A stretch of 64,000 bases of DNA from Yuukianura sp. NJ FZ-2021 (GCA_046563655.1 CM102286.1:9610001-9674000), one strand, 5' to 3'; positions 24,459 through 39,656 are shown, counted from the stretch's first letter. A program made the numbers and translations. Notes: a model not told the origin generated them from the sequence alone.

Positions 24459-25813
24459 CGTTATTTTTTCATTATTTACTTTTCAAAAATCGGTTTTTGG
24501 TCGCTAGGGCTTTTTCGCCGCTAGCTGAAGTAGCCACTGTAACGCAACCTAACCTAACCTAGAGTGTAGCCACTCATTGTAGCCACTAGAATGACAGAGA
24601 CGTTTGGCTATGCCGGTAGAATGCCGATTGCTAAACCTTAGACTCAAGGCGGTGAAATGTTTGGTATACCTTATGGGCATGTATGGTATGTTTGTACAGG
24701 AAATCGTTATGGCTGTTGAATGTATGGGTATCTGGGTCAACTGCTTCCAGTTTACATAATGTTACACTAGTTAAATGAAATATGAAATATGTGGATGAAA
24801 TATGAGGCGTTAATTATAAGGAGTGACAGCCGCTTTTCAACTCTAAAAGACTGGCATAGACGAACACGCAAAGATTTCATTGGAGGATCAATGTAAAATA
24901 CCACTACGTTATTTAACCCTTTTTGAACTTAACTTTTTTTCTTTTTTTCGTTAGATTAAAATCATACTTGTGAAATTAGAATTTGAAGCAAGAAATTAAT
25001 ATGATGAAACCCCTGGTAGGACTGAAACATTTAAAGCGCCTCTCACCTAAACCAAAGATGTGAAGATCTTCACAAAATCAATATGAAAATTAAGCAATGC
25101 TACATCATCTTCCAAGCAACATTAATTAAAATCAAATTTAATAAATTCACCTATCAACGTATACGTAACATTTAACCTATTCGCCTAAGCAGCTCGACGT
25201 TTTTTCTGCAACTACGTTCTTTTTCTGCGTCGATTTTTTTGCATCAACTTTTCAGTTGCTGTAAAAGTCTTTTGTTGCGAAATTTGTTTTAAATTTTTTT
25301 GCTGGCGATTTCCCCCCATAGGTATGTATTTCTGGCTGTGATTGTTCTATTTCTGCTGGATCGGATGGTCGGTTCTATGGGGTTTATAGTGTGAGTTACC
25401 GTGAATGCGGGTGATTAATATACCATGAGATTGTTTACTTGATCTTGAATGAAGAAGTGCGCGTTTATAGGAGAAAGAAGGAGTACACTTCCTTACAATT
25501 AATTCCTATAGTCTTGTTTGTTTTTTGGCCGTTTGTTTGAACCAGGTTTTCTCCGCCTCAACTGCTCCAGTGACTTTTTCCGGGACGTTGGCCGAACTTA
25601 TTAGGTGACTGCTGTTATAGTTCGTCTTTTGCTCTCTTTAGCATTTCGGATTTGTTTCTGGCAGTTTGTGGTGACTGCGATGTGCAAATGTGAATGTGCT
25701 TAAGGTAAACCGACTTTATTTACTGAAAAATAAGAAAACTTAAATTGATAAAAATTGATTACTTTTATTCTTCTTTTGTAACACTATGCTTTGTATACAC
25801 TTTACCTACCTTT

Positions 25814-26340
25814 CTGTTCCGTGCATTTAACAAATGAGAAAAAAAAATCCAAATTGCTACAAAGGCTGTACTCCTATAATAAACGGAGTCTCGTAAAAAG
25901 ATCTTCGCTCCTTCCCTCCGTCTTTGAGAAAAGAGGGAACTTCTTTCCTGACACATGGTCTTTCCAAAACCCTTCCGAAATTAGATATTCCCCGACAAGC
26001 AAATATTAACTTCCTTAAATTATTGAACAAATTATTAAATAATAATGAAATACTACAAAAATCTGTATAAATTACATCAAAATAGTACAACACTTTTTCA
26101 AAGTACTCTTAGCGTTGATTTATTCGTGCGCCTATCAATTTAATCGTTGCAACATCTGCTCGCCGCGCAAAATCTAATTTCGGAGAGTTTTTGGAAAGAC
26201 GGTGTCAGGAAAGAAGTTACCGCTTGTCTCAATGGCGGAGGGATGGAGCCAGGATATGTATTTGAGACATTTTTTTCTTATGGGAGATTGGCCTTGTCGC
26301 AATTTGGTTTTTTTTCACATTTGTTAAATGAACGGAACAG
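25814..26340. mobile_element. MITE with long imperfect TIRs
   Basis: CTGTTCCGTGCATTTAACAAATG is inverted as CATTTGTTAAATGAACGGAACAG; similarity extends about 170 bp inward. Confidence 0.75.
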
Positions 26341-27366
26341 TACTTTACACCTTACAGCGGGTAACTCGGATTTTCGACATTCTTTTTTTAGGCAATAGTG
26401 ATCATAGTGAAAAGTAGAATAGTTGTTTAATTAGTCCTTAACACGCCACACGTTTCTATTACATAAAGCTACAGAGTTGTCAAGGTAATTTGTTGGGTTT
26501 TCCTTCTAACTAGAGACGAAATATGGCATAATTTCAGCAAAAAATTTAAAGCCAATTTCACTTTGGATGAGACGGAAAAAAACCGCTTGCACTTGACGGA
26601 TTAACGCTTGCGCCTACCTTGCTGGAATTGTGGGTCACTTCAGTTTGTTTGAACGCTCATACTTTTTTTTCCATCGTTGCGGTATGTTTCTGTTTTCCGC
26701 CACTTATTACGAGACTGAAGTGGTAGTCGTGATGTTCACGATGGTTAGGAATGGTTATCGTTTTCAGTTACCGATGGTTCACTGTGTGTACCAGTACCAT
26801 CCTTAAGTTTCATAAAATTCAGTGAGTTGTCACGACAAACGTTGGAAAACATTGGCTTCAAAAATTTTGTTCAAAATTGGCTTTGTTACGCATCTGGTTA
26901 GTGAAATATTTATTCAAGGCTTGCGAACACCCTGGTAATGGGAGGGGATCAAATTACGGCTAAAAATGGTGAAATTTCACGGGGCTCAGCCTAAGCAATG
27001 TCGTTCAGTGATCTACAATATATCAATCTTGAAGGAAATAACTTGAACTACATTAATTAGTTTTCAAATTTTTTTTCTAACTATGAAGAAAACTATGACA
27101 CAAAAATTCTACTTCTATTCTTACGAAATTTGAAAATAAATAAAATTTGAAAATTTGAAACTTAAAATTTGAAAATTCTGACTCATAATTATTCTAGTTC
27201 AAGTCTTTTCCTAAAGAATGGTATATTGTGGATCTCTGTACGACATTCCTACACTTAGCCAGAACGCATGAAAATGTCAATCTCACAGTCTCAGAAAAGT
27301 TGTTTAGAAAATGCAAACTACGGCAACCGAACTAAAGTCAGTATTTTGTTTGCTTGAAACTACGAT

Positions 27367-27523
27367 GAGCGCCAGCTAAAACCATACACTCCTATTTTGT
27401 TTCCGTAGAAACGAGTTGAAAATTAGGTAAACATGGCGGGAAAATTAACTCAAAATATGAAACTTCAGTTAAACTCTTATGATGAAATTTTTAGGTTAGG
27501 GTGTATGGTTTTAGCTGGCGCTC
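27367..27523. mobile_element. Small MITE upstream of the SLC25A24-like start
   Basis: GAGCGCCAGCTAAAACCATACAC inverted as GTGTATGGTTTTAGCTGGCGCTC; internal TTAGGTTAGG. Confidence 0.75.
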
Positions 27524-27765
27524 ACTGTATATAGATACTTTTCCCTTCATCTTTGCAATTATAGTTTTTACCACTCGCGAGGCTGTTTCTTATTGCCGAT
27601 GCCTGCAACTTTTACTACCTCTACAAGTTCGGTTATCCTGGTTACTAACTTTACCAATTATAGTTTATTAGACACATAACACATGTCTTAAAAATCTTTG
27701 CATAGAACTAATTCAAAATTTCCCTTCCTGTTTTGTTTGCAGCAACAAACTGATAAACAGGAAAG

Positions 27766-30726
27766 ATGAATTCTAAAGAAGGTTTGAGCGATAGACCTGC
27801 AGAAAGCAATACTAATCACAACCACAATCACAATGGCGTCGATAACCAAGGAGATTTTGAACGACTTTCCGCCTTGTTTCATAAATTAGACTTGGATGGA
27901 GATGGTAGAATTGATCTAGTCGAGCTTATTGCTGCAATGGAAAAAGCTGGACATGGATCTGCTGGTGCTAAAGATTTGGCAAAGGTAACTTTACTATGTG
28001 ATTTCGCTTCATAAGGATTTTCGACTATTTCACTAAAATCATAGACCTGCAAGGCTAGGTTCAATGTTTGGAAGTTTAGTCGAAATACCTTAAGCTGCAA
28101 TTTATCTGTTTTCTGTCCTTTCTTACTTTTCGCCCCTTCGCGTTTAGTTTGCTTCGGTGTCGCATGAAGTTTCATCTTTCAAGTATGTGGAGTTGAAATT
28201 ATGCTTTTAGTGGCTGCTTCAAAGGTGAAACCCTGATTGAACTCATCTTTTTTTAATTTGAAGTCTTCTGTTCAGAGGTTCATGCAAAGAACGGATATTG
28301 ACAATTCTGGAGACGTTTCTATCGACGAATTCCTAGATCATATTCGGCAGCACGAACGCAAGTTGCGGGAAGTTTTTAGGGAAGTGGATCGAAACAATAA
28401 TGGACAGCTTGATGTCCAGGAAGTCATTGAAGCCTCAAAAAAACTTGGAATTGTTTTGACGCTAGAAGAAGCAGAAGCAATGATCAAGCGGTTCGTTTGT
28501 TTTTAATATTCCTAACTAAAAATGATCGCCGTTCAAAAGATTACATGATAGAGATTACATGAAATTTAATTTTAATTACAGAATGGATGAAGATGAAAGC
28601 TATGACATCAGCTGGGAAGAGTGGCGTGATTTTTTGATGCTAAGCCCAAGTGAAGATTTAAAAGAGGTTGTTTCGTATTGGAGGCAGTCTACAGTAAGTG
28701 TTCGTTTAAGTAGCTAATTTATTCACTACTTTATTGTTTTGCCCGTGTATGTATTTCGGTCCGTCTGCTGGTCAAGCTAGCTCTGGAACAGCGGGAAAGA
28801 TTTTCAATCTGTGTTTGCAGATCGATGCCTTTTTGCTTGTAGTTCATGAAGTGGTTTCGAGTTTGACCGGAAGTGACCAAAATCACCTTTACAAAAGTTA
28901 TTCCGCCCATTGAGGCGAACTTTTGTGTAGGTTACCTCATAGAGTTGTCAAGGGGATTCTCGGTTTTTTCCTTTAACTAGGCTGGGTTAGGTTACTTGAC
29001 CGCTTGCATCTCAACTTTAACGATACACACAAACGATACAATTTGGGTGTTCATTTTTCAAAATTTCGAGAACTATACACGCAAACGTTAGAATTATAGT
29101 TTTCCAGAAGCTATCGTTATATCATTTTTTGCTAACATAAGTATAATAAGATGGTTTAGTTATAATCATTACAAATCCCCTTTTCGATCGTGACAGATTT
29201 GGGTGAATAGATTTTGAACATTGAAGTAAATTAATTTTGGAAATTTTGAAAAATGAACATTTAAACTTTATCGTCTGTGAAGCGCGTCTAAACTTGAGAT
29301 GAAAGCTGTTTTTATCCGCTCTAGAATTGCTTCAAAAAATGTTTCAAAAATGCCTTAAGTCCACTTTAGTTAATAGAAAAAACCAACAATCCCTTTGACA
29401 ACTCTATGGATGACGTTGACCTTTGACTTACTGTTCCGGAGATATAGACGCTAGAAGTTGTAAAATAGTGTCGCTCGTGCTACGTAGGTCGATAACTTTG
29501 TAACCACAGGACCGATTTCCAAAAATTGTATTCGCAAATGTACTTCGAATGATTAATCGGTTGTTGTGGAATTTTGGATGTTTGTGTAGTTTCTGGATAT
29601 CGGCGAGGCTGCAGCCGTGCCTCAAGATTTTACACCACAAGAATTAAAAAGCGGCTTGTGGTGGCGGCACTTAGTTTCCGGTGGTTTGGCAGGCGCCGTG
29701 AGTCGAACATCGACTGCCCCACTTGATAGAATCAAAGTGTTCCTGCAGGTTGCTAAATACCTAATCTAAATACCTAAACTGATTCGATTTGAACAATTAC
29801 GGTTTGTCCTTAACTAACGAGTGTTTTGATAGGTTCATGGAAAAAATTCACCGTTGACCTCTAATGGTGTTATGGGTTGTTTTCGCGCCATGATTAAGGA
29901 AGGAGGTATTTTTTCTATGTGGCGTGGAAATGGTATAAACGTCATTAAAATTGCACCAGAATCTGCTATCAAGTTTATGGCATATGAGCAACTCAAAGCT
30001 CTCCTCAAACGAAGAAATCCCAACAAGGAAATTAGAATAGAGGAACGTTTTATCGCTGGGTCCTTAGCTGGTGCAATTAGTCAAACAGTCATTTACCCCC
30101 TGGAGGTTATTAAAACAAAACTTGCATTGAGGAAGACAGGTATGTGTTCTCATTCAATTGTAGGCGGATGTATAGCGATTTCAAAACTTATCGGATTGTT
30201 CTACGTTTTAGGTGAATATAAGAATGTGATTGACCTCATGCAGAAGATGTTTGTGAAGGAAGGTTATAAAGGTTTCTATAAAGGCTACCTTCCGAATTTG
30301 ATTGGAATTCTGCCGTACGCTGGAATTGACCTAGCAATTTACGAATCGCTTAAGCGTGCTTACTTACGCCAGGAACCTACCAAAGACCCACCAGTACTTG
30401 TTCTCCTAGCATGTGGGACAATATCTTCTACTTGCGGACAAATCGCATCGTATCCACTAGCCCTTGTTCGAACCCAACTGCAAGCATCATATGCAACGAG
30501 CAATCAAAGCATGACGCTCATTTTCAAAACAATCCTTCAGAAGGAAGGAATAACGGGATTGTACCGTGGAATACTTCCTAACTTTCTGAAGGTACGAAAC
30601 CGTTGACCTGCTTATTTGTTAACACTTCTTAATACAGATATTACGCTACAGGTTGCGCCGGCAGTCAGCATTTCGTATTTGGTCTACGAACGCGTGAGGG
30701 GAGCCCTTGGTGTCAAGATGACATAA
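27766..30726 (+). CDS. SLC25A24: Calcium-binding mitochondrial ATP-Mg/Pi carrier (SCaMC; SLC25A23/24/25 family), 7 coding exons
   Basis: Four EF-hands ([36 protein letters not shown]) and three carrier repeats ([24 protein letters not shown]). Exons 27766-27983, 28276-28490, 28582-28693, 29591-29748, 29833-30139, 30212-30591, 30652-30726. Confidence 0.95.
28938..29408. mobile_element. Intronic MITE with CATAGAGTTGTCAA termini (P/hAT-like); related half copy at about 26470
   Basis: CATAGAGTTGTCAAGGGGATT vs AATCCCTTTGACAACTCTATG; flanks ggttacct/gatgacgt may be a decayed 8-bp TSD. Confidence 0.75.
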
Positions 30727-32974
30727 ATTTCAGGCTCAGAGCTTTGATTCAAGTAATCCTTTCGTTTACTCGCCATTCTTACGTGTACCTGTCCTCTGGA
30801 TCCTTATAGTGTGTTAGATCTTGAAGTTCACATCTCGCAATGTTCCTTGTGAGGTCATACTATAGGGTCAAGTAATGATGTACGTTTTGCTGAAACTAAA
30901 GTATTTTGGTGTCGAGTAAAGCGGAATTAAGTCGATATACGATTTAACGACCTTCAGTGCAGCCAGACAGTGTAGCTGCTCTACGGGTACTAAACCTAGA
31001 CCTAACGGATATTGCCTAACCTAACGTGGCGGCTATTTTGAGTTGCTAAAATGGGTGGCTACACTTGTGCGGCAACATTTTTCCCCGGCTGTGAGACACC
31101 TCGACTTAGCACCCGATTGTAGCTGCACATAATACATACTACAGGGAACACAATTTGAGAATTATGTTAGGAACTCAGGTTAGTTTACCTACCCAACCTA
31201 GATGTACAGTATTACAATTTTTGCTACCCTCCATCTCATTTATCTCATGCGCAAGTCATCTTGTAACCCATCTTTTAGGGTATGGGTACCCCCTTCCTGC
31301 GACCTGTTCCTTAGAACCAAAAAATACGTCCGCCCAACAAGTACATAGAAATATGTCCTGATCACCACCCGCTAATTCCGTATCAGGAAGTATAAATAAC
31401 TTATTTTCTTCTATATGTAAAAACTACACTCGTTTTATCAATGCCGAGTCGTATACAACGCCTACTTTACTGAGATCCGAATACGTTAGGTTAAGCAATT
31501 AAGCCATTCTTCTTAAGCAATGTAAAATCACCAATTGCAGTCACTTAGCAAACCCGGCAACTTCTTCTACCGCACTGTAGATGGCCGTCTCAAATGGGGT
31601 GAATTGCAGTTATCTGGGCAGAGTTCGAAGGTAAATTAGGGGGTGAAGGATGAACCTAACATAGTATCCTTTGAACTATAGCAGGCTAACTGTAATTTAC
31701 GTAATTTACCTCTAAAATTATTACCTGGTTGCTTTCATATTCCCTGTCCAACAGCTGCGAGACATTCCAACGCCCACCCACGCGTGACCTTATCGATATT
31801 TTATTATTTCCGCCCGATTTTATTATCGATATTATTTCCGCCCGCCCCGTACCAACAGAGAGTCGGACGGGTATAACATTACTCTAGTGAGTAGGACACC
31901 ATGAAGTACATGCAGCGGAGTACAACGTAGCTTCTCCCAACTGGCTTCTCGGTGGAGCCCAGGTCAGGCAATATCCGACGACAAGGTCAAAGAATGAGCA
32001 GAGAAGACAAGATAAGCTTGTTACTCCAAGAGATACTTTATTAAGACTGACTTCCCTCTCTCATACATCTCTAAGGAATGTATGTAATCCTAAAGTAACC
32101 TAGGGAGAGTTGGAAGTTCTCAGTCAGTTGGCCCAGTTTTCGTGTATTCTTTTGTGCAAGCTCTAAATAGCTCTGCTCGACAGTCAAATTTTCGGAATGC
32201 CAAATGTGTAGGTAACATGGGAAATAATGATGTTTGTACTCACTCGAGTTAGGAAACAGTTTCTTTTGGATAACATAATTTGGCAAGACTCAAGGTATTG
32301 TAGATATAGGTTTTGGTAGGATCGTTAGTTCATAAATTTTCATTTGCAAAATATCGCATTCTATTACGTTATACTCTTGGTCCGTCAAATCCGTCGACGA
32401 GAGTTGCTTTACATTGGACCCATGAGTGAGATTGACGAGGAGTATGTTGCCACCAGGCGTGACATTCTTCCGGAAATACTGTTTTGACAACTAAATGCCA
32501 TTGAGAGGGGCGTAAACATGGCTGACAAAATAACGAAAGATTCGGTTGTGTGTCGGGGATTGGATTTCGGCAATGGAATTAGCGAATTGACTGTAATCAG
32601 GCGAATACTTTTGGTTGCTACGACAATAATTTCAAAGCTGTTGGAGTTGTTTAGGTTTCATTTTGTGCAATACTAGATACCGCTGCTGCAATAGGTTGTC
32701 GAGATGTGTGTGGCTGAGTTAAATCCACTGTGACTTGTGAAGCGCTTTGCCGTTGATTTAAATTCTCCTGCTCTAGTAGCTGCATAGTTTGTTGTTTTTG
32801 TTCCGGTTCTCTTTCTGCTTTTTATTGATCTTGAATTTTGAATAACTCTTTGATAACAATTGCTATTAATTGAGTCATATACTGAATTTGATCTTCCGAA
32901 ATAGGGTAATAGACGTTGATTCGTGCATTTTTTGATACAATTCCCGTTGACTTTGAGTTTGATTTTTGATGTTA

Positions 32975-33121
32975 CAGAAACCCCTCTAAGATACAAACTA
33001 AAAACCTCATCATTTTCTCCACTCCCTCCAGTGGGGCCTCCTTTCAGTTTTGTGTGAGGCCCCATGAGAGGGAGTGGAGAAATAGATGAGGTTTTTAGTT
33101 TGTATATTAGAGGGGCTTCTG
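32975..33121. mobile_element. 147-bp hairpin MITE flanked by TA
   Basis: Near-perfect arms of about 65 bp around a short loop; TA at 32973-32974 and 33122-33123. Confidence 0.85.
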
Positions 33122-34767
33122 TATTGGAATACCTTCAAAAAATTATGGCAAGATTCCATCGTTGCTTTGTCGGCCATTTCGATTTTTTAAAGTTTTGATT
33201 AGTTGTTGGAATTTCCTTACAAGGGTTAGGTTAGGTTTTGATTGAAATTGAAAAAAAATTGAATTATTTAGTTGAATATGTTATTCTTTGAAAACTTGCA
33301 TTTTTTCGACTATTCCGTTGACTGGAGTTTGTATTTTTTTTGTAAATTTTGTTTGATGTTTGAATTGATTTTTTTTGCGTTTATTTAAATTGTTTATAAC
33401 TGAAGCTTTCGGCCATTGATATTTGTTCCCATTAAGGGATTTGTTACTTTTGTTGTGCCTGTAAAAGGCAGTTTCAGAAGAACAAAAAATTGCCGCATAG
33501 ACCATCATGGTCGTACCATCAAGGTAGAAGCACGAAAGCTGGAATGATGTGATTGATTATGGGCTGCTGCTTACGTGCCTTTACATTTGGCAAGGTAAAT
33601 GGATGTAATGAAAAAAAAGGTAATTGAAATGAAAATCTGCTTGTAAGGTGTCTTCTTGTTGTTTGACTTTTTTTGTGTTATTTTTTTCTCCCTTAGGGTT
33701 TACCTATCTAGTCACTATTTTCAACATTTTCTTTATACGTTTATCTTTAAACTCTGCTCTACGGGCTGCGCGTTCCTCCTCGTGACGCCTCCTCTGCCCG
33801 ATTACGGGATTCCGCGAACGATTTAGGTTCAAGCTCCTTCTGCGATGTCGTCACCTCTTCAGCCGCCTCTTCTGGCAAGTGCAGAAATCGGCGAATTTTT
33901 TTAATATTGCTCACTGCCACAATGAAAACAATTACGACGTTGCCGGCGGACTCCGCTTGCTGCTACAACAGCTCCTCTATGCGGTTCTGCTTTTACTGCA
34001 ACCATCACATCCGGGGGTCCGCTTCGGGTACTTGTGGTTCATGAACCACATTCGGAATATCTGCTGGCGGTACACACATCACATCACAAAGATCATCTTC
34101 TGAAAGTGACAACGAAAGTGTTACCTTGAATTCCACTTCATAGTCCTCTTCTTCCTTTTCCAGTGGTTCGTCGAAAACGTTCGACAGTTCGGAAAAATCC
34201 GATAAACCATCATCGTCAACAGACGCTGAAGCACTAATTCTTACACTTTGGGAATTTGACTGAACAACTTCCGCCTCCATCCTTATAACATCTTCTTTAA
34301 TGATTGGCGTATAGCAATCTAACAAGAAAAGAAAAGTTAGTTTTGGTACAATAAAAGTGATACAAGCGAGTTCTGTGAGCCCGCCACCATGTCTTTAGTC
34401 TCGAAACATGCAATTAGCATGTCCATATGGCACCCAGACAAAACCTTACTTCTAATTACTTTTTCCACACTACACTTATCTTTTGACACTTCCTTAAAAT
34501 TGAGCACAAGTAATGTCAGCAATGAGTTCCTTTAGCTGGACATCCATCTCCTTGGCAACCATGTCTCTCCAGCTAGCAACTTGCTCTATAACTTTCGCAT
34601 TTACATCAGTCATGTTTATCTTAGCCATAATCTCACGGTGCATGGATTAGCCTTAAAGAACCTTTAAGCACAACCCTTTCATGAATCTGACCTGCAACTG
34701 ACGAAAAGTATTTGTTTATTAAAGCCGGTGGAATTCGGTAATGCTTTGCTGTTTCACCCTTGCAGTC

Positions 34768-36206
34768 GGCAAATGAACATTTCTCCCTATATCTATGACA
34801 GTAATTCAAGTCATCTTCCAAATATATCATGTGTGGCTCCTTGTAAGCAGTCGAGTGAACACGTCGTGGCGCTACCATCTTCTCCACCAGCTTCGTTGCC
34901 TGCTCAGTGTAGTGCAGGTAATAGACGTCAGAGTTATTTCCTTGCGTTATCAAAGCCCTGTAACACGAGTTACATTTTCAATTGACGTAGCTTACATAAC
35001 TACGTTGCGAGGATAGGTTTGGTTACTTGCTTTTTCAAGTTTAAAGTATAAATTTAGTTTTTACCTTGTTATGGCGTAATCTCCAACAGTCGCAATTATA
35101 TTTGTCAGCCATCTTCCAACCGGACTCGAGTTTTCGTAGGTGTCCCGTGATGAGAACTCACCGTTTCTCAGAATGACATGAACATTGAGGCAGACGAACG
35201 ATGTTGCACAAATAGACACAGTTTTTTTCCATTTACACGTAACTCCACTCACGTCTGTCAAATTTGATCTCTGTTGCTGGCCCGCATGGAGTCATATAAC
35301 ATGATTGTCTTTGGACGGAACGCAATCACCACGAGCATCCATTTATTCTTGTAAGAAGTTGTGACGGTGACCAGCAGTTGATCTCGGTTTAGCGCTTCCA
35401 CACTCTTTGTGGATAATAGCGTGGATGAAGCCCTTGTGTCTATTATCACGTCCTCCATTGCCTGGTACTGCACGTTATTGTATTATCCAACTGTTTCTTT
35501 GAATCAATGCACCTTGACTAGCAGCGCAGCGACACAATCTATCACCCTATCGCTTAACAATTCTCTTCCACATATTCCTTGAGATTCAGGCTATAAGAGA
35601 ACGTGTCTCATTTCCTGGGTTATACCAGCTGGCGCGTCTTCAGTTAGGTAACTCTGTGGTGTAGCATAGTTATGGTTAAATCTCTGCAAGGGCAAGGCTG
35701 AATCTTCTCTAATACTGGAGCAAGTTTGCTTCGGAGCATTGTTAGTGCTTTCTTTCTTGACTTTTTATCATATGCATGATGGTAATTAAATTTTGACCTG
35801 CGTTGTCTGTTTTCGGATTGTCGTTCTGGCCGACGCACAGTAGCGATTTTTTGAAAATTGTGGGTCAAAACGTTTTTTATTCGTGCAGAAACCAGGTGGA
35901 AATACTAAGAAATCATCCGTAATTGTCAACTTTTTTTGAGTGAATTCGAGTATTGATAAAACAACGCAACAATTGAGCGGCATAATGAAGTATTATTAGA
36001 GATATCTTTTATTTATGTTACAACATTACTACATGACACATGCAAAAAGAAATACAGTTATTAAAGGTTTGTTTTATATAAACTATTTCCGAGGGTTTTA
36101 TGTTCTCCCCGTAGCCTTGCGAATCACTATTTTTGGTTTGGTTTAACGTAATAATTTGTTACTGGGCACCATTTCTTGGAACAATATCTTATATCAAACC
36201 TATTGT
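34768..36206 (-). pseudogene. Degenerate Ulp1/C48-peptidase-like sequence, copy 1 (probably transposon-borne)
   Basis: LLSDRVIDC, KWMLVVIAFRPKTIMLYDSM and CATSFVCL occur in Ulp1 motif order; multiple stops and frameshifts. Confidence 0.6.
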
Positions 36207-37932
36207 GTTTGTTTCGACCTGACGCATTCCTTCCTTCGTTTCGATGATACTTCAACTGACACCCAAAGCTTTGGCACATTTCTCAGAAGATGCGTTGTAA
36301 TAAACATTGATCGTAACAGCCAACTCCGGATTTACGCTAATTACAGGGGATTTAAAAAACAATTTGAGGCCAAGCGTGTACGTAAGGAGCAAGAAGTATT
36401 TTGTAGCCCTGGAAATCGCAAATGTAGGATAAGTTGGCATTTCTATTTTTATGTACGCATAACTTTAAGTTTCCCGCCCTTCAAAACGAAAGGTTAGGTT
36501 TTTAGTGAGAATCATAAAAACAGCAAGCAATTTATAATCAGCAAGAAATAGGCTAAGGGAACACAGGGAGATACTAATAAATAAAAATAGTAATCAGAAA
36601 GTAATTAATACATACTGTATGAAGTAGTAGAGGATGAGGCATGGATGCCATTTAAGGAAGTATCTATCAATTACGGATCTTGCGACGTACGTGAAGATGT
36701 TAAGGTTCAATTTGTCAATCGTGGGTCTGAAATTTGTTGTTCAAATATACAACACCAATTCATATTACGAGCAAACCATCTACTTGAACTCCGCTTCAAT
36801 ACTACTAGTATTGAAACGTATTGTAGTATTGAAGATCTCTAGCCTAGTAGACAAACCGATGAATGTAATAATTGAAAGACCTCACTAATTAATATGGCTC
36901 GAAGGTTGGATTGACCTATTAAATTTTCAATTTTTCAAAAGGTTAAATAAAATGAAAGTAAACGCACGCGCTGCTGTTGGACTTGGTAAAGTTTAAACAC
37001 ATTTTAGAGTCGTACTAATAGTTAGATATCGACCAGTAGCGCAATTAGTTAGTGCTAAAATACTGCGACTTCCTCTCTAAAAAAGTGGACCGACAGCGAA
37101 TAACGCTTGGCGGTTTTTCTGAGAATCCACTTCAAGTAAGCAAAGTTTTCCCTTTCTTTGTCTTATTTTGAGTTCAGTGTGGTTTTACGTATTTTATATC
37201 TACGTTTATGTTTTACCACCCATCCGTCTAAATCTAAAATACTTAAGTATTTTTTAATGTCATTTTCCAATATAATGCTAATAAGAGCATGTAGAGTGGA
37301 ATTCCAAATTTCGCAACTGTTATCCGACTTTTTCAAATGTTTGAGTTTTGAAGGAAACCATCTCAATAGTAATAATACCTGTGGTGCTAGTATGGCGAAA
37401 AAAATTTGAAGCACGCTCTTAGCAATAAATATGGCTTAGAATTGCTAACGCATCGATAACGCATGATAAATAAATTTTTGGAAGTTTTTGAGTTTTGTTG
37501 ACTAAAGTAGCACCCAAAAGTGAAAACGAAATGCAGGTTTTTCAGTTTTATGTCAGCCTTGTCAGTTTTTCATGAGACTGTGTGAACGTATAGGTTTAAG
37601 TGTATAGAGTTTCCCATATAAGTTATAGCTTCGCCACAAGTCGCGTTTGTGTGTAGTGGGTGGAGATAGGGTGCGTCGGATAGCGTCTGGCGTCAGGCCT
37701 TCGGCAATTCCGTTTTTTCTCCTCTCCCTCTTTTTTGTTTTGTTCCCATAAGAACTAGTCAGAGAGAAGACCAGATACAGCAAGAGAAGAAACAGCGTGT
37801 ATCTTAAGTTTTCTAAGTTGTCATTAATTGGATTTAATTGGTAAAGAATATTGATAAACTAGTAAAACTAACAACACCTCAGTCCATTTGTTTCAAGTCG
37901 TCCCACGTGTTTCCAGCCCATTCATCTTTCAC

Positions 37933-38087
37933 CTTTTCATCATTTTTAGTACTACTTCACAAATATAGGCAAGACTAGAAAATTTCATTCAAATTAAACA
38001 ATACTTCACATTGAAGTTAAAAAAAAAACGTTCAATTTCGAAAGAAGATTTCAGTAAAATTGTAAACATAACTTACATGTTTAACAC
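37933..38087. repeat. About 155-bp direct repeat, second copy at about 41456-41611
   Basis: CATCATTTTTAGTACTAC...GGCAAGACTAGAAAATTTCATTC...AACTTACATGTTT in both copies. Confidence 0.85.
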
Positions 38088-38089
38088 CA

Positions 38090-39656
38090 GGCAAATGGAC
38101 ATTTCTCCCAATCTCTATGGCGATAATTCAAGTCATCTTTCAAATATATCATTTGTGGCCCCTTGTAAGCAGTCGAGTGAACACGTAGTGGAGCTACCAT
38201 GTTCTCCACCAGCTTCGTCGCCTGCTCAGTGTAGCGCAGTTTAGAGACGTCAGAGTTATTCCTTGCGTTATCAAAGCCCTGTAACACGAGTTACATTTTC
38301 AATTGACCTAGTTTACGTAACTACGTTGCGAAGATACGTCTGGTTACTTGCATTTTTCAAGTTTTAAGTATAAATTTAGCTTTTACCTTGTTATGGCTTC
38401 CTCTCCAACGGTCGCAATTATATTTCTCAGCCATCTTCCAACCGGACTCGAGTTTTTGTAGGTTTCCCGTGATGAGAACTCACCGTTTCTCAGAATGTCA
38501 TAAACACTGAGGCAGACCAACGGTGTTGCACAAATAGATAGGTTATTTTTTCAATTTACGGATTTATTTAGAAGACATGCAAATTACCTATTTTTTTTGT
38601 TGTAGTGCGTTGGTCTCATACACCACGTCTCTACTCCACTCACGTCTGTCAAATTTTATCTCTGTTGCTTATCCGCATGGAGTCAAATAACATGATTGTC
38701 TTTGGACGGAACGCAATCACCCCGAGCATCCCTTTATTCTTGTAAGAAGTTGTGACGGTGATCAGCAGTTGATCTCGGTTTAGCGCTTCAACTCTCTTTG
38801 TGAATACTAGCGCATGGATGAAGTCCCTTGTGTTTATCGCGTCCTCCATTACCAGGTACTGCTCGTTATCGTAGTATCCAACTGTTTCCTTGAGTTAATG
38901 CACTTTGACTGGTAGCACAGCGACACAATTTATTACCCTACCGCTTAACAATTCCCTTCCAAATATCCCTTGAGATTCAGGCTTTAAGAGAACGCGTCTC
39001 ATTTCCTGGGATATACCAAATGACGCTTCTTCAATTAGGTAACTTTCTGTGGTGTAGCATGGTTATGGCTAAAGCTCTGCAAGGGCAAGGCTGACTCTTC
39101 TCTAATACTGGAGCAAGTTTGCTTCGGAATATTATTAGTGCTTTCTTTCTGGACTTTTTATCATATGCATAATGGTAATTAAATTTTGAAATGTACTTTG
39201 ACCTGAATTGTCTGTCTTCGGAATGTGGTTCTGGCCGAGGCATAGTAGCGAATTTTTCAAAATTTTGGGTCAAAACGTTTTCTATCCGTGCAGAAGCTAG
39301 GTGGAAAAACTAAAAACTCCGTAATTGTCAACTTTTTTTCAATGATTTGAGTATCGACCCCGCTGTGAACCAGTGCTAAAATCAGGATTCCTAAACTCGT
39401 TTTAGATAAAACAACGCAACAATTGAGCGACATAATGAAGTATTATTAGACATACCTTTTATTTATGTTACAACATTACTACATGACACATGCAAAAAGA
39501 AATACAGCTATTAAAAGTTTGTTTTATATAAACTATGTCCGAGGCTTTTAAGTACCACCGTAGTTCCGCGAATCACTATTTTTGGCTTGGTTTAACGTTA
39601 TAATTTGTTACTGGGCACCACTTCTTGGAACAATATGTTATATAAATACATATTGT
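38090..39656 (-). pseudogene. Degenerate Ulp1/C48-peptidase-like sequence, copy 2 (direct repeat of 34768-36206)
   Basis: Colinear nucleotide similarity to copy 1; LLSGRVINC, KGMLGVIAFRPKTIMLFDSM, LQQK. Confidence 0.6.
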